Assembly: GCA_947463125.1 (NCBI GenBank)
Contig: CANHQZ010000006.1
Span: 5,243 to 69,242, forward strand
Source: Flavobacteriales bacterium
GTDB taxonomy: Bacteria > Bacteroidota > Bacteroidia > NS11-12g > UBA955
DNA length: 64,000 bases
Direction: 5' to 3'
Each line of letters starts with the position of its first letter. Within the stretch, counting starts at the first letter, position 1. Position numbers and translations under genes: made by a program. Below, piece after piece: positions 1 through 9,115 of this stretch. The notes beneath the pieces are model-generated. The model was not told the DNA's origin, ran no database searches, and saw only the letters and a list, made by a program, of their open reading frames with translations.

Positions 1-2
1 TT

Positions 3-140
3 ATCGTGGGCGTGTATGGGATGAATTTTAAATATATGCCTGAATTGCTGTGGGAAAAAGGGTATTACTATGCACTTTCAATGATGGCAGTGGTTTGTAT
101 TGCCATTTTTATCTGGTTCCGAAAAAGGAAAATAATGTAA
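3..140 (+). CDS. corA: CorA-family Mg2+/Co2+ transporter, C-terminal fragment (gene begins upstream of window)
   Basis: Frame 3 reads IVGVYGMNFKYMPELLWEKGYYYALSMMAVVCIAIFIWFRKRKIM*. YGMN is the CorA signature loop, followed by the last TM helix and a basic tail. Stop TAA at 138-140. Confidence 0.7.
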   Translation: MVGVYGMNFKYMPELLWEKGYYYALSMMAVVCIAIFIWFRKRKIM

Positions 141-1391
141 TTATGATTTCTGAATAATATAATTCAGATATTCCATCACATGTTCTGTAGCACCGGCTTT
201 TGAAGCAATATATTGTTTCGCTTTATTACCTGCATATTCCCTAAACTCAGGATTCCCCAATCCGCTTTTCAGGTGTTTTTCAAAGGTATTGTAATCCTCG
301 CATTCATAGCCAAATCCGGCTTCTATGCTTTCCTGTGCCTCCGGAAATTTCTGGTGTTTTGGGCCAAACAGAACAGGTATCCCTCTGGAAGCGGCTTCCA
401 GCATATTGTGCAGGCCTTTGCCAAATGCCCCGCCAATAATGGCCAAATCGGCATAGGCATAAATGCCGTTTAGTTTGCCGATGCAATCCACAATGAGAAT
501 CTTAGCCTTGGAAATATCAGCGCCCTCTTGCAATTCGCTGTAGGTAACGCAATGATATTCCGAAAAACGTTTTTGTATTTCCTGTATATGTTTTTTGCCA
601 ATATCGTGAGGAACCAGTGCAAATTTTCGGTTTACGGGCATACCGTTGGTTGCGAAAAATTCCTGCAGTAGTTTTTCTTCCGGAGGCCAGCAACTGCCTG
701 CCACACAGAGAATATTGTCGCCTTTAAACAATTCAATTTCCGGCATGGGAGCGGTTTCGCGGATTACATCCAGTACCCGGTCAAAACGGGTGTCTCCACT
801 AATACTGATGTTGCGAAGACCTTCAGCACGGGCCTTTTCGGCGCTATGGTCATTTTGCACAAATACACGGTCAAAATCCTGCAGGCAGCGTTTCCAGGGC
901 TTTGCCCAGGGCTCAAATACAAATTGTTCTTCGCGGAACAAACATCCCGCCGCCACCATTTTACAGCCGTATTTCAGTCCCTGCTGCATATAGCGGAGCC
1001 AGAATTCATATTTTACAAAAACGGTTATGTCAGGCTGCACATAGCGGTACCACAATTTTGCATTGCGTTCAAAATCCAGGGGCAGATAAAAGACCCCATC
1101 GCAGGGGTAATCTTTCCGCTGCTCGAAGCCTGAGGGTGAAAAAAAGGAAATAACGATGCCCGTTTCAGGCTGCTCTTTTTTGAGGGCGTCCAGTAAGGGC
1201 CTGATCATTTCAAATTCGCCAAGCGATGCACAGTGAAACCAGATGCGTTTGCCGGCCTTTTTTGGCAGTGCCTTTCGCATCCTTTTTCGCCACTGCCAGC
1301 GCCCCTTGAGCATTTTACGTGCTTTGGGATGGAAAGGAGAGGCAATCAATAATCCCAGCAGGTACAGTGAAATCAACAGCGGATAAAACAT
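141..1391 (-). CDS. waaA: 3-deoxy-D-manno-octulosonic acid (Kdo) transferase
   Basis: 416-aa ORF with an N-terminal membrane anchor. Contains WFHCASLGEFEMIRPLL (H-x-x-S-x-GE block of Kdo transferases) and a C-terminal GT-B half (GGAFGKGLHNMLEAASRGIPVLFGP). Confidence 0.8.
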   Translation of the reverse strand: MFYPLLISLYLLGLLIASPFHPKARKMLKGRWQWRKRMRKALPKKAGKRIWFHCASLGEFEMIRPLLDALKKEQPETGIVISFFSPSGFEQRKDYPCDGVFYLPLDFERNAKLWYRYVQPDITVFVKYEFWLRYMQQGLKYGCKMVAAGCLFREEQFVFEPWAKPWKRCLQDFDRVFVQNDHSAEKARAEGLRNISISGDTRFDRVLDVIRETAPMPEIELFKGDNILCVAGSCWPPEEKLLQEFFATNGMPVNRKFALVPHDIGKKHIQEIQKRFSEYHCVTYSELQEGADISKAKILIVDCIGKLNGIYAYADLAIIGGAFGKGLHNMLEAASRGIPVLFGPKHQKFPEAQESIEAGFGYECEDYNTFEKHLKSGLGNPEFREYAGNKAKQYIASKAGATEHVMEYLNYIIQKS

Positions 1392-2155
1392 CAGTCAAAA
1401 TACTTGGGGTTGTCCTGAGCCTGCGATTTTAAACTCAATGGAATGATAATGCCTGCAGATATTCCGGTATAAAAATCAAAATGCAGACTATTGTCCGGTC
1501 CATAATCGCTGAAATTCCAGCTGCGACGGTTTTTGGTAAAACCCTGTGCAACGTCTAAGCTAGCAAACAGACTGATGGTTTCCGGATTGAGGTAATGCCA
1601 GCGAAAATGCTGCACCAACTGTAATCCATTGGTGAGCCTGTCATATCCTTTGGTGTATTGGCCTTCCAGTTGCGGTGTCCTGCCGGCATCGAACTGCATT
1701 TTTACGTAATGCTGCATAAAGCCCGCACCCAGAGCAACTTCAAACTGTCCGGGTTTTCCCGGTTTTCCGCCAAAAAGCTTGCCTGCGGTTAAGGTGGTGG
1801 CATTGCCACGCATGTAGTAGCGAATGATGGTGGGAAAGCCGTTTTGGTCCAGTATTTCACCACTCGGACCAAGTACGTCACCAAACAAATTGCTGTACTT
1901 TACCTTGTTACCCCAGAATGGCATGTGGTTAATCCCAACGGTGATATTGCTCCCTGATTTGTAATACAATCCCACGGGGAGGCTTGCAAACTGTGGAAAC
2001 CCTTTGGCCAGATCGGCGCCGGTGAGGTAAAAACCACCTCCTACGCGCAACAGCAGAAAAGAGCCACTTCCGGGAGCAGGCGCAGGACCCTGCACCGGTT
2101 GCGCACGCAGTGTTCCGGAGAAAATAATTAAAGCAACGACAAGAATTAGACGCAT
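1391..2155 (-). CDS. Hypothetical secreted/outer-membrane protein (beta-rich, Gly/aromatic-rich)
   Basis: ORF-track start at 2287 overlaps the upstream hydrolase gene. The internal ATG at 2155 gives MRLILVVALIIFSGTLRAQ, a clean signal peptide. No catalytic motif seen. Confidence 0.5.
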   Translation of the reverse strand: MRLILVVALIIFSGTLRAQPVQGPAPAPGSGSFLLLRVGGGFYLTGADLAKGFPQFASLPVGLYYKSGSNITVGINHMPFWGNKVKYSNLFGDVLGPSGEILDQNGFPTIIRYYMRGNATTLTAGKLFGGKPGKPGQFEVALGAGFMQHYVKMQFDAGRTPQLEGQYTKGYDRLTNGLQLVQHFRWHYLNPETISLFASLDVAQGFTKNRRSWNFSDYGPDNSLHFDFYTGISAGIIIPLSLKSQAQDNPKYFD

Positions 2156-2177
2156 TTCTTTTGCGAATCTACGCGAT

Positions 2178-2963
2178 TTATGCCTGAGCGTGTGCAACAA
2201 TAAAGTCAGATATTGTGGATATAAAGTCAGCCGGATTGTCGGCATGAACCCAGTGACCCGCGGAAGGTATGGTTTCCAGCTCCGCATTCGGGAAAAAGTT
2301 GAGAATGTTGTTCATGTCTTCGTCTTTGATATAGCCGCTTTTTTCACCGCGGATAAACAAGCATGGCCCGGCATAGCCTCTGGACAGGTGTAAGTCGCCG
2401 ATGATATCAGGGTAGTGCTTTTCCAGTGCGTCAATGTTGATTTTCAACTGATAACCACCACCGGGTGTGGGTTCCAGGTTTTTTAGCAGAAACTGCCGAA
2501 CCGCGGGGTCGGGTGCGTAAGGCTCAAAAAGGCTTTCGGCTTCTTTTCGGCTTTGTACTGCACTGAAATTAATTTCCCGGAATGCTTTGAAATAATCACC
2601 GTGTCCCGCAGGATAGGCTTTTGGGGCAATATCAACGACAATAAGGCCAGCCACCATTTCAGGATACCTCTCTGAAAACAGCATGGCTGTTTTGCCACCC
2701 ATACTATGGCCTAAAATTATGGCTTTTTCATCGCCAAGGTGTGCCATAAGATGCTGTAAATCTTCGCTCATGGCCTCAAATGATGCATCGTCATCGTGAA
2801 AACTGCGTCCGTGATTGCGTGCATCTACAGTAATCACCCTGCAGGATTTACTCAAAATCCCCGCTGCATAATGCCAGTTGTCCAGCATGCCGAAGATGCC
2901 GTGAAGTATATAAACTGCCGGGCCTGAATCGCCGTAAATGCGGTGGTTTGGAATCGCTGACAT
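2178..2963 (-). CDS. Alpha/beta-fold hydrolase (esterase/lipase family)
   Basis: HG oxyanion motif (VYILHGIFG), nucleophile elbow GHSMGG and C-terminal catalytic His (AGHWVHAD). 261 aa. Confidence 0.75.
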   Translation of the reverse strand: MSAIPNHRIYGDSGPAVYILHGIFGMLDNWHYAAGILSKSCRVITVDARNHGRSFHDDDASFEAMSEDLQHLMAHLGDEKAIILGHSMGGKTAMLFSERYPEMVAGLIVVDIAPKAYPAGHGDYFKAFREINFSAVQSRKEAESLFEPYAPDPAVRQFLLKNLEPTPGGGYQLKINIDALEKHYPDIIGDLHLSRGYAGPCLFIRGEKSGYIKDEDMNNILNFFPNAELETIPSAGHWVHADNPADFISTISDFIVAHAQA

Positions 2964-3081
2964 CCTTTGTGCAAAGGTATTTCACAGTGAGCTATAAATA
3001 GCAATAAAGTGGTGTTAGAAAAAAATATGCGCATCTTTGTGGCGCATACCCTAATATTGTAAAGAAAAACTATACATGTAT

Positions 3082-3702
3082 ATGAAAAATACAGTAAAAA
3101 CATTGAGCTATATCCTTGGATTAAGCATGGCGTTGTTCTCGTGTTCAGTTGAGCGCAATTCAGTGACCCGCGGAGGCGAATCCTCCTATGGAATTGGTTC
3201 CGGGGTGGCCGGTGCGCACAAGTCATCCAAGAAAATGACACCGGTGGCTGAATCCGATGCGGCAGGTATCGCTGAAGAACAGCATGACAGCAAAACAGCG
3301 GTTGTGAACGAAACTATGGCTGTGGCCTCAATGAAGCCCGCCTGCGAAACAACCTCCCCTAAAGTGAATTCTGCCAATACCGTAGCACCTGCTTTTGCTG
3401 CATTGCCCAAGCTGGTTAAGAAATTCAGCAACATGAATCGCGTAAACAGCGTAAACAAGAGCATGAATACACCCGCTATCTCAACTGCTGCCAAGGGCGA
3501 AAGCAAAAGCTGGTACTGGACTATTTTTCTGTGTTTCTTCTTTGGAGTTTTGGGAGCACACCGCTTTTACCTGGGTTACAACTGGCAGGGATGGGTGCAG
3601 CTCTTTACACTCGGTGGTCTGGGCATTTGGTGGCTGATTGATTTTGTGAGAATTCTGATGCGCAAACTCGAACCCCGCTGCGGTATTTACGAGGATATTT
3701 AA
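3082..3702 (+). CDS. TM2-domain lipoprotein (paralog 1)
   Basis: Lipobox LSMALFSC. C-terminal SKSWYWTIFLCFFFGVLGAHRFYLGYNWQGWVQLFTLGGLGIWWLIDFVRIL is a two-helix TM2 domain. The middle is low-complexity Ala/Ser/Val. Confidence 0.7.
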   Translation: MKNTVKTLSYILGLSMALFSCSVERNSVTRGGESSYGIGSGVAGAHKSSKKMTPVAESDAAGIAEEQHDSKTAVVNETMAVASMKPACETTSPKVNSANTVAPAFAALPKLVKKFSNMNRVNSVNKSMNTPAISTAAKGESKSWYWTIFLCFFFGVLGAHRFYLGYNWQGWVQLFTLGGLGIWWLIDFVRILMRKLEPRCGIYEDI

Positions 3703-3720
3703 AACGTAAAAACATAAACT

Positions 3721-3748
3721 AAAAAAGCGGCCCGGTGCCGCTTTTTTA
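3721..3748 (+). terminator. Rho-independent terminator
   Basis: aaaaaAGCGGCccggtGCCGCTttttttag. GC stem 3726-3731/3737-3742 followed by a T-run, 19 nt after the stop. Confidence 0.75.
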
Positions 3749-3855
3749 GTTTATCCGTATGGTTTGTGAACAAGATGTGAAAAACGATATGGTAGAATAT
3801 TGACTAAAAAATAAAAAATATTTCTTATGTTTGAAAATACCAAATTTATAATATT

Positions 3856-4458
3856 ATGAAAAAAGTAATCACCAAATTCGCACTGTTGCTGGTTGCCGGC
3901 ACCGTGTTCGTCTCATGCTCCGTAGAAAGAAACGCCATCAGCCGCGGTGAAGCCGGCTACGGTATTGGTTCCGGCATTGCATCCGGCACCAAAAGCAAAC
4001 AAGTCAAAACCATGGCAGCGCAGGAAGCTGTTGTTGTGGAAGAAGCCATGACTGCTGCCACTCCGGAGGTTGCTGTTCCTGTTTCTAATGAAAAAACGGT
4101 AGCCGTTTCCTCTGCTGTTGTTTCTGAAGCAAAAACACCAGGAACTGTGGTTCGTTCTGTAAAGAAACTCAACGTAGTGACTCCTGCAAAAGCGATACAA
4201 ACCCTGGCTGAAAAGAGTGTGAAAAAATCTCCCGCAGCGGCTGCTGAAAAGAATGGTGGTTCCAAGAGCTGGCTCATAGCAGTGTTGCTGGCATTTTTCG
4301 TGGGTGTTTTTGGCATACACAGATTCTATCTGGGTTATACCTGGCAGGGTGTAGTTCAATTGCTGACATTTGGCGGATTCGGTATTTGGGCATTTGTTGA
4401 TTTTATCAGAATTATCATTCGTGATCTTCAGCCCAAAGATGGCAGTTACGAGGATTAA
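3856..4458 (+). CDS. TM2-domain lipoprotein (paralog 2)
   Basis: Lipobox GTVFVSC. The N-terminus CSVERNAISRGEAGYGIGSG and the C-terminus SKSWLIAVLLAFFVGVFGIHRFYLGYTWQGVVQLLTFGGFGIWAFVDFIRII align with the 3082-3702 product. Confidence 0.7.
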   Translation: MKKVITKFALLLVAGTVFVSCSVERNAISRGEAGYGIGSGIASGTKSKQVKTMAAQEAVVVEEAMTAATPEVAVPVSNEKTVAVSSAVVSEAKTPGTVVRSVKKLNVVTPAKAIQTLAEKSVKKSPAAAAEKNGGSKSWLIAVLLAFFVGVFGIHRFYLGYTWQGVVQLLTFGGFGIWAFVDFIRIIIRDLQPKDGSYED

Positions 4459-4476
4459 ATATCAAGATTATAACAT

Positions 4477-4505
4477 AAAAAAAGCGGCCTTGGCCGCTTT
4501 TTTTA
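4477..4505. terminator. Bidirectional rho-independent terminator between convergent genes
   Basis: aaaaaaaGCGGCCttGGCCGCttttttt. GC palindrome flanked by an A-run and a T-run, between the TM2 gene (+) and ald (-). Confidence 0.7.
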
Positions 4506-4523
4506 TGTTATGAATTCAGGTTG

Positions 4524-5639
4524 TTAGTTCAATACGGTTTCAACCGGTGTATACTCCAGATTGAAGGCTTCTGCAACACCTTTGTACACCACTTTACCGT
4601 TTACTACATTCAAGCCCAGGCAAAGTTCTTTGCTCTTGCTGCAGGCGGCTTTCCAGCCCTGGTTGGCCAATTGAATGGCATAGGGCAGCGTTGCGTTGGT
4701 CAACGCCAGTGTGCTGGTATACGGAACAGCTCCGGGCATGTTGGCTACGCAGTAGTGTAGCACGTTGTCCACTACATAAACGGGTTCTGCGTGCGTGGTA
4801 GGTTTGCTGGTTTCGAAGCATCCGCCCTGATCGATGGCCACATCCACAATCACAGCGCCTTTACGCATGGTAGACAGCATATCTTTGGTGATCAGCTTGG
4901 GTGCTTTCGCTCCGGGTATCAGTACACCGCCAATAACGAGATCTGCGGTTTTTACAGCTTGTCTGATGTTGTAATTGCTGCTGAACTGAGTATCAACATT
5001 GGCAGGCATGATATCGTCCAGCTGGCGCAAACGCGGCAGGCTGATATCCATGATGGTTACATGTGCTCCCATACCTGCGGCAATTTTCGCAGCCTGCGTT
5101 CCCACAATTCCACCACCCAGCACCAGCACGTCTGCAGGTTTTACGCCGGGAACACCGCCCAGCAATACACCTCTGCCACCCATGGGTTTTTCGAGGTATT
5201 TGGCACCTTCCTGCACGCTCATGCGGCCTGCCACTTCGCTCATGGGAATCAGCAATGGTAGGCTGCGGTCGGCTTTTTCTACGGTTTCGTAGGCCAGACA
5301 AACCGCATTGCTCTTTATCATGGCATGGGTGAGGGGCTCATAGCTGGCAAAGTGAAAATAGGTAAACAGCAGCTGGTTGGGTCTAATCAGGCTGTATTCG
5401 CTTTCAATGGGCTCTTTTACCTTGATGATCATCTCGGCAATGCCATACACTTCTTCAATCGTAGGCAGCAGCTTTGCGCCGGCCTCGGTGTATTCTGCAT
5501 CGTCAAAACCACTGCCGATACCTGCGCTTGCCTGCACATATACCGTGTGTCCGTTTTTTACAAGTTCGCTTGCGCCTGAGGGCGTTAAAGCCACCCGGTT
5601 TTCATTGTTTTTGATTTCCTTAGGTACTCCGATAATCAT
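4524..5639 (-). CDS. ald: Alanine dehydrogenase
   Basis: MIIGVPKEIKNNENRVALTPSG is the typical Ald N-terminus. NAD fold VLVLGGGIVGTQAAKIAAGMGAHVTIMD. Start moved to ATG 5639 because a TAnnTTTG box lies inside the longer track ORF. Confidence 0.9.
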   Translation of the reverse strand: MIIGVPKEIKNNENRVALTPSGASELVKNGHTVYVQASAGIGSGFDDAEYTEAGAKLLPTIEEVYGIAEMIIKVKEPIESEYSLIRPNQLLFTYFHFASYEPLTHAMIKSNAVCLAYETVEKADRSLPLLIPMSEVAGRMSVQEGAKYLEKPMGGRGVLLGGVPGVKPADVLVLGGGIVGTQAAKIAAGMGAHVTIMDISLPRLRQLDDIMPANVDTQFSSNYNIRQAVKTADLVIGGVLIPGAKAPKLITKDMLSTMRKGAVIVDVAIDQGGCFETSKPTTHAEPVYVVDNVLHYCVANMPGAVPYTSTLALTNATLPYAIQLANQGWKAACSKSKELCLGLNVVNGKVVYKGVAEAFNLEYTPVETVLN

Positions 5640-5653
5640 AAGTAAAAGTGCCG

Positions 5654-5661
5654 CAAAGATA
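5654..5661 (-). promoter_or_regulatory. Bacteroidota -7 promoter box (TAtcTTTG) for ald
   Basis: Minus strand reads TATCTTTG, 14 nt upstream of ATG 5639. Matches the published Bacteroides/Flavobacterium sigma-A -7 consensus TAnnTTTG. Confidence 0.45.
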
Positions 5662-5714
5662 CTCACCTTTGTGCTTCTCTCACAAACCCGTGTATTGTTC
5701 CGTTAAATAATGCC

Positions 5715-5722
5715 TATTTTTG
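5715..5722 (+). promoter_or_regulatory. Bacteroidota -7 promoter box (TAttTTTG)
   Basis: TATTTTTG lies 4 nt upstream of GTG 5727. Confidence 0.4.
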
Positions 5723-5726
5723 CCCT

Positions 5727-6110
5727 GTGAACGCGAACTGGCTTCAAAAGTATGCCTTGAATCTGGGATGGTTTCTTTTGATTTTGGGAGGCATTTCCCT
5801 GCTTGACAGAGGAATGTGGGCTTATGCAGGCATGTTGATGCTTTTCGGTGGTTTGCTGAATATGGTTAATGCCCTGCGGCTGCTTTATTTGGGCAAAAAA
5901 ACCTGGTTGCTTTCCCCTGAAAACATGTATTGGTTAAACTTGACAGGAATTTTGTTGCTGTCACTGGGGCATGTTTTTACCGTCAAAAAGGGAATTTCAT
6001 GGGAACTGCTGGGTTTTCTGGCAGTCAGTGCGGTATTCCTTTTTGCTGCCAAATCCAGAGCCGGCAGCCTGCAGCAGGCGGCTTCCAAAAAAGCTTCAGC
6101 GAAGCGATAA
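5727..6110 (+). CDS. Hypothetical membrane protein (3-4 TM helices)
   Basis: 127-aa ORF with a GTG start, hydrophobic throughout (LGWFLLILGGISLL, AGMLMLFGGLLNMV, LTGILLLSLGHVF, LLGFLAVSAVFLFAA). No motif recognised. Confidence 0.45.
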   Translation: MNANWLQKYALNLGWFLLILGGISLLDRGMWAYAGMLMLFGGLLNMVNALRLLYLGKKTWLLSPENMYWLNLTGILLLSLGHVFTVKKGISWELLGFLAVSAVFLFAAKSRAGSLQQAASKKASAKR

Positions 6111-6578
6111 TTCACGCAACAGCCCGGCTGTGCTGCGGTTCAAAATCTGATAAACATCCTCAAATCCCTCCGGTCCGCCATACCATGGATCAGGCACTTC
6201 CATGCCGGTTTGTTGTGAATCCCATTTGCGCATCAGATGGACTTTTTCGTGGTGCTGTGTATTTGTGCTTAATGATTTTACGTTCTGCGCATTGCTATCG
6301 TCCATTACCACAATCAGGTCAAATTGTTCAAAGTGGTCAAGGGTGAATTTTTTTGCACTGTGCTTGAAAATCAGCCCATTTTCCCGAGCGTTTTGCAGGG
6401 TGCGGCTGTCGGCATTTTCACCTGTATGGTGGCCACTGGTTCCCGCGCTGTCAGCGTGAACAAGGTGATCAAGCCCGTTATCTTTTACATGCTTTTCAAA
6501 CAAGGCCTTTGCCAGCGGGGAGCGGCAAATATTGCCAAGGCAAACAAACATTACCTTGTATTTGGGTTGTGTCATCAC
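6096..6578 (-). CDS. Low-molecular-weight protein-tyrosine phosphatase
   Basis: P-loop CLGNICRSP near the N-terminus and a downstream DP acid motif (VPDPWYG). 160 aa. Confidence 0.85.
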   Translation of the reverse strand: MMTQPKYKVMFVCLGNICRSPLAKALFEKHVKDNGLDHLVHADSAGTSGHHTGENADSRTLQNARENGLIFKHSAKKFTLDHFEQFDLIVVMDDSNAQNVKSLSTNTQHHEKVHLMRKWDSQQTGMEVPDPWYGGPEGFEDVYQILNRSTAGLLRELSLR

Positions 6579-6584
6579 GTAAAA

Positions 6585-6713
6585 TTACATCCAGCCCATC
6601 TCTGTGCGGGTTTTATTTTTGGTGTTGCATTTGCTGCGGCTTGCCCCGCAGGAAGCCAGGGCAACCAGGATCAAAATCCCTCCGGCGACCCATGTGAATG
6701 TGTATTTGCCCAT
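6585..6713 (-). CDS. Possible small lipoprotein (42 aa)
   Basis: The internal ATG at 6713 avoids overlap with the peptidase gene and gives MGKYTFTWVAGGILILVALASCGASRSK (lipobox LASC). There is no other support. Confidence 0.3.
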   Translation of the reverse strand: MGKYTFTWVAGGILILVALASCGASRSKCNTKNKTRTEMGWM

Positions 6714-6765
6714 ACTTTTTATAACGCAAAAGCAGGAATAAAATTGTGCATATGATACCCCATTT

Positions 6766-7953
6766 TTATAGCCCGCACTTTTGCATGGTTTTTTTATCAA
6801 TTCCGTCTTTGTGAAGCATAACCGATATGGTTTTTAGACGAAAATACGCTTCACTTACATACAGGTAACCACCGCAGTAATTGCCGCTGCCCCAGCTGTT
6901 TTTAACCTTGAAATAGCGTGTTCCGTTCTGGTCGGTAAGCATTCCGGTAATGTGCATGCCATGGTCATCCGTGGTTAGTTGTCTATCGAATTCATCCTGA
7001 CGCAGTTCCGGTGTAATCTGTTTTTCCGGGTAGGGCTGGTCAAAAGCCGAACCGCTTCGCATGGCGCCGGCATCATTGAAAAACCGGGAATCATCGCCCT
7101 TTTTCTTCACCAGGGTGTCGTTTACCGGAACAATTCCCAATCCGTCGCGAAACGAAAATCCTTTTTCGCTAACATCTGCCGCCCAGGCTACGCTGTAGCC
7201 ATTCTTCAGCGCATTTACCGTCGCCTCTGTCAGCTCATCCAGTGGCAGGTTATGGGCCTGCTGCATGCTCCAGTTATCGGGAACTTCAATGGTAAAAGGC
7301 TTGTAATAGGGGTGGTGGGTGAAACTGGTCAGTGCAACATAGTCGTCCATTTTCAGTCCCAGTGATTCCGCAAAAGACGTAGGGGTGTACTCCTTGCCGC
7401 GGTATTGAAAGGTTTCAGGTACTTTTCCCAGATAGGCATCCAAAACCCCTTCCACTGCCCTGATCCATACTTTGCTGTAGGTTCCGCCGGGATTGGCTTT
7501 CAGCTTTTCCATCATGCCCTGCAGCAGGGCCAGCATTTCATCATGGTTGTGTCTGTTTTGACCATATTCCAGGCCTTTGTAAACCTCTTCCGGGACAATC
7601 CCGTATTTGCCTACAAGGTAGGGTATATCATGCCCTTCTCCGCCCTGTTCAAAGTTGCATTTTCCATTCATGCGAATGTAGTTGATGGCTTTCTCCACAT
7701 AGCCCCGGCGCACTACATACATTTCGCTGAGGTCGTGCTTGCCTTTGCCGGTGCGTAGCAATTCGCTTTCCAGCATGCTTAGCGTGCTGAAACTCCAGCA
7801 GGCGGCTGTTTTGCACTGGTCTCTCACTTCAGTTCCCGCAAGGTCGTAAACGGACTTAAAAATATACTTACTGCCTGTTTTGTTGGTAAGGGTTACCTGC
7901 GCGTTCAGCGTTGAAAGCGAAAAAGCCAGCAAAGCCGGTATCAAGGTTCTCAT
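6766..7953 (-). CDS. C1-family cysteine peptidase (aminopeptidase C / bleomycin hydrolase-like), secreted
   Basis: Signal peptide MRTLIPALLAFSLSTLNAQ. Catalytic Cys block QCKTAACWSFS, His block DHGMHITG, and NSWG. Confidence 0.8.
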   Translation of the reverse strand: MRTLIPALLAFSLSTLNAQVTLTNKTGSKYIFKSVYDLAGTEVRDQCKTAACWSFSTLSMLESELLRTGKGKHDLSEMYVVRRGYVEKAINYIRMNGKCNFEQGGEGHDIPYLVGKYGIVPEEVYKGLEYGQNRHNHDEMLALLQGMMEKLKANPGGTYSKVWIRAVEGVLDAYLGKVPETFQYRGKEYTPTSFAESLGLKMDDYVALTSFTHHPYYKPFTIEVPDNWSMQQAHNLPLDELTEATVNALKNGYSVAWAADVSEKGFSFRDGLGIVPVNDTLVKKKGDDSRFFNDAGAMRSGSAFDQPYPEKQITPELRQDEFDRQLTTDDHGMHITGMLTDQNGTRYFKVKNSWGSGNYCGGYLYVSEAYFRLKTISVMLHKDGIDKKTMQKCGL

Positions 7954-7989
7954 AATGGCAAATGTAGTAAAACAGGATGTAACAGTGGC

Positions 7990-8988
7990 TTACTGATCCC
8001 GAAACGGCCTTCTTAAAACGTAGGTTTTGGGTTTGAAGAAATACTGTTTGTAGGCTTTCAGTATGGATTTTAGCAAAAAACTGCGCGTATATACCACGAT
8101 GCTGTTTTCCATGGGTTCTGCACCCAGCGTACTTTTGATTTCCGTGGCGGTGCGGCCCAGCTGAATGGCATGAATATCTTTGCCTACGTTTCTGCTTATC
8201 AAATCCAGCATCAGCCTTTGATACAGGTGCCATTCCCTGGCTTGTTCGGCAAGGTAGCCTATGTGCATGGCAAAAACCTGATTACCGGTCGTTACCGCAC
8301 TGAGAAATCCCATGACATTCCCTTGTGGGTCGCGGCAAAAAACCGTTTCGTAATTCCTGCCGTACGTTTTACAAAATCCTTTGATCAGTCCATGAAGGTT
8401 GGGGGGGAGTGCCAGCGTTTTTTTGGCCAGGGTTGCCGATAGAAGGTTAGCCATACATGCAATCTGCTCATCGGTTAATTCACTTCCCTCGAACCAGGCA
8501 GATTTCAGATGCTGGCTACATTGCAGCGCCTTGTTTACCCTGATGCGGTATTTGCTTTGCATGGCGCGGCTGTAATCTTCAAGCGATTTCCATTCAGGCC
8601 TGAGTTTCAGGCACATAAACGGTTCTGCCTGAAAAACAATGCCATCGGTGGTTTGAGGCACATCACTAAAGTTGCAGACAACCGTGTGGATATTATTTTC
8701 AACCAATACGGAACGGGCTTCTGTTTCCATGTGCTGCTCAAGCACCGACATGCCCGGAGTGCAAGGGTTGCCGGCAAACACCAGGCTGCCTTTGCGCAGC
8801 GAAGCATTGAAAAGTCGAAGTAATAATCTCGAAACGTATTTGCCGGTTGGCTTGCTGAATTCGGGAATGTACAGCTGAATGTCGCCATTATTGATTTTAT
8901 CCTGCTGCAGTCTCTTGCCCAGTGTGGTTTCTACTGCTATTGCGGTACGCTCGCAAACCAATCCGGGTATGAAACAAAATGCAGACAT
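7990..8988 (-). CDS. Hypothetical protein, possibly GNAT/FemAB-like acyltransferase fold
   Basis: 332-aa ORF. The C-terminal half (FLSAVTTGNQVFAMHIGY...LYQRLMLDLI...IQLGRTATEIKSTLGAEP) resembles BioF2-like/GNAT proteins as I recall them. Not verified. Confidence 0.4.
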   Translation of the reverse strand: MSAFCFIPGLVCERTAIAVETTLGKRLQQDKINNGDIQLYIPEFSKPTGKYVSRLLLRLFNASLRKGSLVFAGNPCTPGMSVLEQHMETEARSVLVENNIHTVVCNFSDVPQTTDGIVFQAEPFMCLKLRPEWKSLEDYSRAMQSKYRIRVNKALQCSQHLKSAWFEGSELTDEQIACMANLLSATLAKKTLALPPNLHGLIKGFCKTYGRNYETVFCRDPQGNVMGFLSAVTTGNQVFAMHIGYLAEQAREWHLYQRLMLDLISRNVGKDIHAIQLGRTATEIKSTLGAEPMENSIVVYTRSFLLKSILKAYKQYFFKPKTYVLRRPFRDQ

Positions 8989-9115
8989 GCCGCAAAGCTA
9001 ACAAAAGTTGCGGGTATTGGTTTGTTAATCGGATAGTTCGGACTTTACAGCCGAATTCTGCGAAGTGACAGCATAGCAAAAATAATTTGCACGATATTTG
9101 AATCCTTATCTTGTG

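Noticed and set aside
4791-5706. Several 84-156-aa plus-strand ORFs antisense to ald
   Set aside because: They overlap a high-confidence alanine dehydrogenase gene. Their translations are low complexity with no motifs.
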